DNA of 64,000 nucleotides from Balanoglossus misakiensis. Its lineage: Eukaryota; Animalia; Hemichordata. Under the pieces are notes generated by a model, which searched no databases, was not told the DNA's origin, and saw only the letters and a list, made by a program, of their open reading frames with translations. Both the position numbers and the translations under genes were made by a program. Positions 53,401 through 64,000 of the stretch are shown piece by piece. Positions within the stretch are counted from its first letter, which is position 1. The number at the start of each line of letters is the position of its first letter. Location of the stretch: assembly GCA_040954595.2 (NCBI GenBank), contig CM082588.2:5778202-5842201 (forward strand), read 5' to 3'.

Positions 53401-56400
53401 CAAGCTTACGAAACAGACATCAACACAAATCTCAGTTAGAACATTTATTGCTCAGAAACCAATTTGAAAACAAATTGAGGTCAGTATCAGATACAGTAGA
53501 CGCTGATCAGACTTTTTTGGATCTAGTGTTGATTGTATTTACAAATGTGTTTTGTAATGTTTTGTCATACATGTGTCTATATCGTTTTGTGTTGTTCAGT
53601 GATAGTATGTAAACAATGATGTTGTACTAGTATGTCATATGTACATGCTAAAAAAATCCCTAGATGTTTTTGTTTTACCCCTTTGTTTAATAGTCAATCA
53701 TTTCATGAGTAAAGTCATTTATGTCTCCTGTCAATTACCAATTCCTTTTCACATCTTCCACTTAAGAGAAGTTCCAGTTGCATAAAGCAAAAACATTCGT
53801 CCATTCAACTTCGGGACGAATCTTAGATTTTCTTCACGCATGCAGTTGAAAAAAATCTTTGAAATTCCAACAGGGTGTTTCTGACAGGCTGTGTTTGTTC
53901 ACAAGTTGACGTGTTGTTTGCCTGCCAACAGAGCTGCTTCAGTTTCCATAACACGCTAAGTGCAAAGCGTTGCATGAAGCTCGTGGATTTGACCATTTAG
54001 ACCATAGGTAGCACAGGGTAGTAGGGGAGGGGATTGCTGGCGGGATAAGTGAGCCACACTAAAGATCTAAAAAGGATATACATGTAATACCGGTAGTCAT
54101 TTTCTTACGGGTTGTAGGATTGTTAGTTCGTTTCATTTCATCATGCTTAACTTATCAACTTCATGCTTGGTTTTGGGGAGAGGTCAGCGCTTATCATGAT
54201 TTCATTGCCATGACGACATGCATGTTTTTTTTCTCCATTTTCTTTAAATTTTACAGCGACAGAAATCTCAGGGCACAGAAGCGGTGGGTACTTCATTGAG
54301 AAGTAGTCAAATGTACTTCTAGTGCACATGTAGTGTTAGTTCACACCATTTCTCTTTCTGTGGGGGCCGTGATTGGTGTCACCCATGATGCAATGCAAAG
54401 GGTCAAAGGTCAAACAATACACCTCCACCACCACAAGTTGTGATTTATTAGAGGAAAGAAACCACACTACCTCTATTCCGTCACGTTGTTTGCAGTGAGA
54501 CAATGCTATGTTGCAAGACTCCACCATTAATCATGTGAGATTTATTATCTCAAGGTAACATATTGTCACTCAGGCTTTATAATACCTGTACTGTTACAAC
54601 ACAACAGTAGAAAGAATTGTTCTCGTTCCCAATATCGCTGGTCAGCATGTCATTATGGTAAAAGTGGTTCAGCCACTGTTCCTAGATAAATAAAGAGAGA
54701 AAGTCACTTAGTGTATGTCAAGTGGTATTACGATAGACTAGTATTTGAGTAAAAATTACAAAATTGATAGTTTTCAAAATCTCCATATGTAGCCCTCATA
54801 TCTGAAGTTGATTTTGTCAGTTATATATTGACCTTTGACCCCATTGAATCATGGTAAAAAAGGACGAAATGGTGCACAGAAATTGAATGATCTACCAGCA
54901 CAAATGCACACATTGTCCTCAGCAATCCTAAACTTATAGCAACATACTGCTCTGCAAAACAGTTGGAGCCGAACCAACTGGAAGCCGAATTATCAGAAAA
55001 AGCAGTCATGTGTCAAAACAGCTCGCATCACTCAGAAATGCTAAATTGAGCATCTGTGTTCATTTTATGACCTTGGAACATTTGATTTCTGCCATCTGTC
55101 CGTTCAGCCTCGTCAGTGTATTGTCATTTTGTGCCGTCTTTTTCGCTGCATTCATCTCATATCATATGCCAATTTAATCAGCGGATTCAGTACAATTATA
55201 GGTGGCTATATTTTCCAATGTAATTGGCTTTAATTTTCTGACAAAAAGTAATGATGTCAAAACAGCACTAATTTTAGATTAAATGTACAATTACCGCATT
55301 TCTCCTGGCAAGAGCCCTTGTTCAGCCTGTGTGCTACAGCAAATCTGCCATATGGCAATTTTCATATTTACCGAGATGGGTCAAGCAATAGCAAATTTTA
55401 CATGTTCAGTGTCATTGGCTGTGTAACCAGGAGACATGCAGTATTTTTGTGCATATCTAGAATGTTCATGCATATTTAGCATTGCTTGCTGAATTGTGCA
55501 TTGCAGTAGTTGCACCAATAAGTGTGATTGTTGTATAATACACTAACATAGTCATTAATGTATGAGTGTGATTATTGTTTTGATTTATTCAATTGGACTT
55601 CATGCAGAGTGAATTGATTGGTTTTCAGCTTTGCTCTTTCTTTTTCTCATTTATAAATATACTAACAGGTGTTTCCCCTCAATTCCATATCTTCCCCACT
55701 GTATTCTCATCATTCATCTGTATTTTTCCCCTGGTATTAAAACCCACTGTAAATACACATTACAAGATTTTCCACCATTGTCTCCAGACTTCATCCATGC
55801 AGACATCTGTAACGCTTCCAGACTTCTCATCAGGATATTGGAAACAGCCATTGCTAATTAGCATAATTTATTCATAATTTGCATTCCAAAAAGTAATGAT
55901 GCAAGTCCCATCAAAATCGCCAGGACTGCTGAGATATTTTTTGTAAACATCTGAAGTCAGGGACAGATTTCCTACCCAGCTAACCGAGTATAAGTCTTTT
56001 TTTTTTTACTTCGATAGTATTCTTGACACAAAAATGTTGTTAAAGCTGGCAAGTGTAATTTCTGTTTGAAAAAGAAATGTTTCATACATTCCTTCCCTTC
56101 CGGCTGTTATCTTTTATTATTTGCATGATTTTTAGGATAATACCAATGCATCCTCCTCCGGAAACCCCCCCGCTAGATTACCCCCTTTGAAAAACGCTCC
56201 AAAGACATCAGAATCCCGCGGAGTAAGTTTCATCGTTATTTTGACTGAAAATGGTATTTTTTACTTTTTTTCTTAACCACACATTAAGTTTGGATACTTA
56301 CCTGAAGCATGACCTTATACCTTTTTGGTTCTTGATGTGCATGTGTGGTTGTGTATTTTTTTAATGTGTTTCTTCTGAATGGGTCTGAGGCTCCCGTGTG

Positions 56401-59400
56401 TTTTCTAGAAAAGCAAGTGGATCCTACATGGAACCTTGAAAAAGTGAATCATGCTAGACTTGTTTTTTTTTCATAAAACATAATGAATCCAAACCACAAA
56501 ATCCAACAATCCTTGCTGAAAAAAATACGCATTCAGGTTAAGTTTTGTGAGTTCTAATTCCTCAGACCCTGCTGTATAATAACACTTCTGGATGTACCTG
56601 ACTATTCTCGCCTTTAAAAATAGTTTTTTTTTCTCTCTGTCAGCTTGACCAGAAACGATTGGTGCATGTATTTTTGGAGAACTGTGTTTGATACACCTTA
56701 CGGTTTTGACTTTCAACTCTTGGACTTCAAAGATCACAAGTAGCACAATAACTGTCTTCTTCAACTCAAAGAGTCTTAATAATACCACCACAATATTACA
56801 CAATTCCAAATTCATATCGATAAAATATTACTGTGTCATTTTTAAATCACCCTACAATCACATCATTCACTGCCTTCACCTTGTGTGTCACAGTTTGTGT
56901 ACTGTTTGCAACCTGTATACATGTATGACCTTTCCTTCTGTATCTACGTGTCTGTCTGTCTGTCTGTCTGTCTGTCTGCCTGTCTGTGTCGATTAGTCTG
57001 TCTGTCATAATGTCCGGCAACCTGTCTCTGTCTGTCTGTGTGTCTCCCACCGATGTTTGGGTGATGTTTACATGTATGTGATTGTGTATTGTTATAATGT
57101 GCCAACAATGTAGATATATTTGCAATGAGCTACCTAATATTTCTGATACCATACTGATCTTTTCATTGCCTGATTTTTATTTATTTTTGAGGGGGGATTT
57201 TCAGTCTCAATTCAGGTAATGTTGGGCTAAAACTTCATCTTTCTGTAAATAATCATCATGACAATTCTTTGTACAGGCAAATGGACCAGAATTTGACGGA
57301 CCGGGTCAGCCGACCTCAGAGAGTATCATCCACTATCTGGTGTCAAAAGGAGCCTATGTCAACGCCCAGGACATGTACGGCTCAACGCCGCTGCACTTTG
57401 CGGCCATGAGAGGAAACGACATCGCCGCCAAGGAACTGCTAGAATGCAAAGGCATCAATATTGAGGTCAGGAGATGGTTCATTAACATGTGTGTGTGTGT
57501 GTGCGTGTGTGATTGTGTGTGCCTGTGGTTGACATGTGGATGGGTGTGGACATGCCCACATGCAGAGTGTGAGTGGACCTGTAATTAAAGATACATAAGC
57601 TGTAAATATTGAAAATTGTGTCGGCAGTTTTGTACCGAGTATCATTATCAACGACAGTTTAAAAACAGTTTAAATACCAACTATTTAGCATGTCAATATG
57701 CCCTGTGTGCATATCTGTAGTAGACAAAGTCTTAGCTGCCTTAATGTTGACATCCCATAATGGTACAAATGTAGGTTTTATGACAGTCTAGATTCAGCAT
57801 TGAATTTGCCATCTTCACCACACAGGCCGCTGACAAGCAACAGATGACGGCCCTGCATCTGGCTTGCAGTCACGGCAACGTAGAGGTGTGCCGACTGCTG
57901 ATTGAAGCCGGCGCCAACTTGCGCTGCACCGACGAAGAAAACGGCACCCCACTTCACTTTGCCGCCATGGAAGGCCAACTCAAGATCTGCAAACAGCTTT
58001 TTGATGCCGCATACCAGAAAGATGGCTGGGTCACGATTTCGCAGGTAATATTCCCATGGTGAATTTTACCATGATGCATCATTCAAAATGGCCTGTTGGC
58101 AGGTCTTTATAAGGGGGGAGTGGTTTTCCATTTTTTACCTGTTTTCAAATGGCTCTGGGAATCTTTAAAGTTCTAGCATTCTAACATAACATTGTCGTTG
58201 TTTCTAGATGGTGACAGATACAGACATTGAGGACAACACAGCACTCCATCTCGCTGTCGACAACGGACATCTGGAAATTGTCAAACTCTGTCTGGAGAAG
58301 AGTAAGTCTGCTACCTGTAGTTTCTCATTGAATGCAGTGTTAGTGAAAGATTCACTCCAGAAAAAAAGTACATTCACCAAGTGGTTGTTAGAATACTTTC
58401 AAATATGTGTTGATATAATCTGTGTAAATTCAAGATGATTGTGTCCAAAGTGACACACAAAAGTACAAAAAAATATATGTCATGAAGAAACAGCAGAAGT
58501 TGTTCCAGAACAACACATGTCAATGTCAAACCCTGTGCTTGACAGCTTTTTATCATTGCCGTTTGCAGAAGCCGACATCAACACCAGCAAGAAGAACTTC
58601 AGCACGCCGCTGCACTCAGCTGCAGCTCTGGGCGACATTGATATCGTAACCCTACTGCTGGAGCACAATGCACGCATCGACGCGCTGGACGAAAACCAGG
58701 CCACACCACTGCACAGAGCGTGTGCTTTCAACAGATGGCAGGTTGCGGAGTACCTACTGGACATGTGAGGAGAATTAATTAAAGGGATATTAGTTGCAAT
58801 TTTTGGCTTTATTTCTGGTATTTTTGTTCTGTGTTTCAAAAGCAATTTCTTGCTCTACTCAACACAGCATGTTAATATCCCCAGTACTCTGATTATCAAC
58901 ATACCCTGTATGTGTGTAATGGCCGTTGTTATTGTTTCACGTGAATCCTGACATTATTCCATCTTATATTGCTATTACCCAACAGGAAAGCCAGGATAGA
59001 ACGCCGTGACCAGGACAACTTCACTCCGTTATTGATAGCAGCGTGTTACGGGCACAGCGAAACCATCAAATGTCTGCTGGATCATGACGCAGACATCAGC
59101 AAAGCCGACAAGAACGACAAGACGGCCATCTACTGGACAGCGGAAGAAGACAGATTGGCCGCCCTCAAGGTACAGCTGATAAAATAGACATCTCATGTTC
59201 CATCCAAGGAAACTCGCCACCTGTTGAATTATAAATGAGAAGTTAAATATTTTATTAGTTTAGCATGGAGGTGTCTTTGTACAAAAAATTTTGAGATAAA
59301 TAGAATTATGTTCTTTCGAAATTTACAAATTGTTTGAAATCCTACATGGCCACCAAGCTTCCATGTTGACTCTAATATTATTTATGATTGATTTTCTGGA

Positions 59401-62400
59401 AAGCAAATCAACCATGGGTTACAGACTTTGTAATAGCCTGTAATTTCTATTATAGGTGTTACTGGAGCACCCAATGGCCAAGAACATGCTGGAAGAGGCC
59501 GACAAATATGACAACACACCTCTTCATATCGCTGCACAGAAGGGATACTTTGGTGTTGTCAAGGTAATTAATTATTCATCAAAATACGTTGATTGATTAA
59601 ATCTGTGCTCTTTCAAAATTTGCTGCTGATTGGGGCATGTGTAGTTTTGCAAGACCGATCTGATGTCCATCATAAGGGATAAAGCATTTGATATCCTGCG
59701 ATGGGGATTATAAATTTTAATAATCATATTCCACGTTATGTGTGGATGCAATATATCAAAATGGAAGCAACAGTGTCACTGACACTATTTTCCTTCCTTC
59801 TGATCACCAGACTTTGCTGGAAGCAGGAGCCAGCATTGATCCCAGAAATGAAGAAGAGCAGACCCCGCTTCACTTGGCAGCCAAACACGGCAGAACAAGG
59901 TGAGGCAGGGTAGACAACAGATTGTGTGTGGGAGTGCTTACATGTGTGTTCATGCATGTATGTGAGTGTCTGTGTCAGTATGTGTGTGTCAGTGCATAAT
60001 GATATATGGAGGGGATAAATAATGGCAATGTCAGCAAACACTAGTAAAACGTGTGACAGTTACCAAGGTAGTCAAGCGTGGCTAATGCCCCTTTCAACTT
60101 GCCTTGTCAACACCTCTGAAAAATTATTGAAGCGTTAGAAGAATATCATTGAAGGGACCAGAGTTTATAGTCCTATCATATCATATGTCTTCTCTGCAGA
60201 ACTGTCAAGGAATTGGTTCGTCGCAACAAGATGATCATCAACGATGAGGATGAGTTGTCTAACTCTCCTTTACATCTGGCTGCGTTGGAGGGTCATGTCC
60301 AAACTCTGACTGCCCTCCTGGAAATTGGTGCTGACATCCAGGCCAGGTGGGTCAATGGGTTATGTTAAAGTAAACTTTAATTTTATTCTGCCAAATATAT
60401 TGTTAAAAGCAAAGAGAACTCAGTCACCCTTAGCAGTGTTCATTTTGTCACTATCGTGGCTGATGATGTAAGTCTGATGTTGTCTATAAAAATCTCAGAA
60501 AAATTTAAATATTTTTTATTTATTTGATCGATTGATCTACTGATCAAACTGATTGGTTTGTTTAGTTATTCATAGTGTCATACTATTTCAACCTGTCATG
60601 TAGAGCTGACAGCCATTTTGTTTCATCGTATTCATTCAACAGAAACTGCAACTTGTGGACACCCCTTGATTGTGCGGCAGCCAAGGGATGGGTGAAGACT
60701 GCACAGGCTTTGTTAGAGGCTGACTCTCCTGTAGATCCAACAGACAAAGCCAAGGTAAGCTATCTAGATTTTTCATTGATTTCTGATGAGGAATACTTTG
60801 TCATATTATAATAGAATGCATGGTGGTAAAAGGTGAAGAGCGAGGGGGGGGGGGGGGGGGGGCGAGAGCAGCGTCTGAAAAAATTAGGAGCACCTGTGTG
60901 TTAGTGTATGTGTATCTGAGAGAAACTACATAGCATTTCCTTTCCTCAATTTTGGAATTGAAAATGCCTGAATTTTGTGGTGTGTTCAGTTATGCTGGAG
61001 ATTAACCAATGTAAGCCACAGTATTTGCTGCGACCATTTCAAAAGCTAAACTTAAAGGGAGAAACAGGTGTTCGTTATTTTTGCAAAGGAAAACCTGTTA
61101 AGAAACACATGCAGGACTGCTTCAATATTATGTGTATACCTTACCTTGACATGTGAGGGCACTATCCAGCCAACCTCAATTCCTGACGATCTCCAATTTT
61201 CTGCACACAGACAACACCGCTTCATCTGGCAAGCAAGAACGGCCATGTTGACGTGGTGCAACTCTTGCTGAAGTGGAACGCTGATTTGTCGTTCTGTGAC
61301 GACACAGGCAGTAATTGCCTTGATTTGGCTATCGACCAGAACAAGAAGTAAGTTGACGTCATCCTGGAATCAGGTTTCCTGGTTTTCTGAGAAAATACAA
61401 AATCAGCACAAAATTGTATCACTTTTGCAATTTATATGAAATTTGTCATCATTTCTATCCAAAATTATGAAAAATAAAACTTGACTGTACAAAAGAAGTG
61501 TAGGCATTGTCAAGGCTAATATTAACACATGTATATTTCTGAGCCTGGAACTCAGACCAAGGATATTGTTGATTTCTTTTTATCATATCCTGTTTTACTT
61601 TTCTTCATGTCAGGAACCTTGCTTGCACATGAATTTGTTTAACTGCCAACTTTATTGTACGACTGATGTAACTGTGTATTTAGAATCAAATCTAATACAG
61701 AAATCACATTGACCTTTCTGCAGGGATGTTGCCATGGCAATTATTAACCATAGCAATTGGAGGAAGGCCATGGAGAATGCCACAACAGATCCGTCAACCG
61801 GAATTTATGACACTCCCATGAGGAAACTCATCCGGAAGATGCCAGGTATGGGGCATGATGGGATAGCTTCCCACAAAGTGCAGATATGATATACTCTAGT
61901 TTTGCCACTAAAATGTTTTATGTTACTGAAACTCAATTATATTTCGCATGTATTCAAGAACCATACTATGAAATTATGATTTAGAGTTTAGGTGACAATT
62001 CTGATGACTTGATCCCCCCTCTCTAATACAGTAATAGTCATGTTACTGACTTTGATTTCATGCGACTTGTCATTTGCAGATGTTGCTGAGAAAGTGCTGC
62101 AGAGATGTACAAAGGCAAACGACAAGCCAATAGAGCATCCGGATTATCAGATATCATTCGAGTATGATTTCATGGACGATATGTTCAGCAACTGGAAACA
62201 TGATGACTCTAGTATGTATTTTGTTTTGCAGTAATTTCCTTTTTTCCCATACTTGTGATAAGTGATGAACCTTGCCAGTAAATTCTCTCATCACGGGGAC
62301 AGTAGTCCCTAACTAAATATGTGGTATTCTATCATTCTTTTCAGCATCGGATGCAATGTCATCAAAGTCTGACAGTGTGTTTGAAGAGGACGGTAGCCTG

Positions 62401-63781
62401 AAGGCGGCTGCTCAGCCCTACTCCAAAGATTCCATAATCCTGAAGAAGAACCACCCCCTGATGATAATGGTAAAGTCCAGTACTAAATTAAAAACATGCT
62501 GCATAAAAATGTGTTAATGCAATTGTACCGTAGACAGTAGATTGTACACAAAATCTATGATTGTACTGAAAATCCAGATTCCCTAAAACACATGCCGCTA
62601 AACCAAAGTGTTTCATAGCATACGTTTGTTTTCTGAAGGATTGTGAGTCGTCCCATAACAGTCTGTTTTCAGAGGCTGAAATCACCATCTTCTAGTTATC
62701 TGCACATGCGTAGATGGTGCTTCTCAACTTATCCAGGCAACAGTTTTCGGAACTGTTGCCTTTCAGGCAATAGTGCCAAATTAATGCACCCCATGTGACC
62801 GCACATTGGCGAATCACAGGACAGAATACGGATGAGGTGTGTTATAATATACACATGATGTCAGTCATCATGTGTTTTATAACACACCAAACACGACACA
62901 CACCACATCCAGGCAACAGTACCGGGCAGAAACCGATCGAAATGATGCCCTAGGGAACAGTTCGAAATGACTAAGGTCACGTGACGGCGTATTGACGAAT
63001 CACGATCGAGGGTTCGCTGCATGGAGTGTTACAATAACTGTTGTTGCCTTCCACCAACAGGTCAGATCCAAGAGAGAAGAACTCCTGGGCCACCCGCTGT
63101 CCATCTCCTTGCTGCGGCACAAATGGAACAAGTACGGCCGCTGGGTCTACTACATCTCCCTGTTCATCTACTGCGTGTTCCTGGCCGCTCTGACCGGCTA
63201 CATCCTGATCATGCCGCCGCCCTACTATTACTACGAGTACCCGAACGGCACCAAAGAGTGGTACCTGGATGGTGCGCAGAAGTTTGGCATCGCCGACCCG
63301 AACAACCTGACGCTGAATCCGGCGGTCTGGGTCTTCAAGTGGATCGTAATAGGCCTGGCATGTTTCAATTTGTTGAAGGAGGTAAGCTCAAAGATCACAG
63401 CGGAATTTTAATAGGAATTGAATCCTTGGAAGGTGGGGGAGGGGGCTAATGTGAGATATTTGAATTTACTTGGGGTAGACACCAAGTTAATTTTATTCAC
63501 GATAACAACAAATTGTTAATTTTTCACCTGAATTCTACCAGCCAAACAGCCATTCAAACAATCATATGTCAAACACACATCACAGTCAATCAGTTGTCAA
63601 AACCATCAAAACACCCAAACAACAAACCCTCCACCCTTGATCTCCACAGCTGTTCCAGATGTTGACACAGAGGCTGAACTACTTCGACTTGGAAAACTTG
63701 ATGGAGTGGACCATCTACGTCTTGGCGTTGCTGGTGGTCATTGACTTCTCATCGGAGCAAAGCGAAGACAGCTGGAGAGAG
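47433..63781 (+). CDS. TRPA1-like: TRPA-family (TRPA1-like) ankyrin-repeat cation channel; continues beyond the window, 5' end uncertain
   Basis: Exons 47433 (ATG 47668)-47808, 52774-52939, 53251-53354, [54257-54283], [56136-56222], 57277-57465, 57826-58044, 58208-58301, 58569-58764, 58986-59169, 59456-59563, 59811-59899, 60200-60346, 60643-60754, 61211-61347, 61724-61845, 62080-62211, 62345-62469, 63061-63381, 63650-63781, with consistent phases. 17 TPLH-type ankyrin repeats, then the TRPA pre-S1 NHPLMIMV..REELLGHPL..LL.HKWNKYG and TM helices S1-S3 (YFDLENLMEW). Confidence 0.93.
52447..52541. mobile_element. Possible short piggyBac-type MITE remnant
   Basis: ttaa-CCCT ... AGGG-ataa ends (TTAA target with CCCT/AGGG termini, one mismatch). 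Single copy in the window. Confidence 0.3.
62731..62920. repeat. Palindromic (foldback) element in a TRPA intron
   Basis: Perfect 11-bp stem aggcaacagtt/aactgttgcct (62735-62761), a ~23-bp imperfect stem (62836-62888), and atccaggcaacagt repeated at 62731 and about 62907. Confidence 0.7.
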
Positions 63782-64000
63782 GTAAAGATAAAACAACTTC
63801 TATCAAAAGTTTTTAAATTCAGTCTGAGTTTTTTTCTAACCATTTTGCACAAACCAGCTTTGCAGCCACCATCATTGTCATCAGTTTCAATAATGTTTTC
63901 ATGACATTAACAGTTTTCAACTCATACTTAACGTCTTACAGTATTTAGCCTTTACACTGAAACAAAAAATGCAAAATTTTACTCACATGGTTTTGGTTGT

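Noticed and set aside
56409-56443. Further TRPA micro-exon candidates (35 nt at 56409; also about 53932-54007)
   Set aside because: One is not frame-preserving and the other contains an in-frame stop.

Overview
Eukaryotic, intron-rich, AT-rich genomic DNA from an invertebrate animal. The gene content and (TATG)n/(CA)n microsatellites suggest a marine deuterostome such as a hemichordate; this is inference, not established. Genes read by eye, left to right: (1) the 3' end of a relaxin-receptor-like (RXFP/LGR type C) GPCR; (2) a Cys-rich, IL-17/cystine-knot-like gene absent from the ORF track; (3) a 2.7-kb tandem duplication carrying two intronless Ig receptors with ITIM/ITAM-like tails; (4) a syncollin-like gene plus a truncated copy; (5) a two-domain rhamnose-binding (SUEL) lectin; (6) an orphan rhodopsin-class GPCR; (7) two tandem 13-exon genes for secreted proteins with a five-repeat beta-propeller, a PT stalk and two copies of an unnamed domain, whose propeller exon alone is nearly identical between copies; (8) a BHMT-like gene; (9) a calcineurin-B/CHP-like EF-hand gene; (10) most of a TRPA-family channel with 17 ankyrin repeats, running off the right edge. 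The 2-35 kb region looks like a cluster of innate-defence or secretory genes. No rRNA, tRNA, CRISPR array or intact transposase was seen. All exon models were made by manual translation and splice-phase checking, with no database search.
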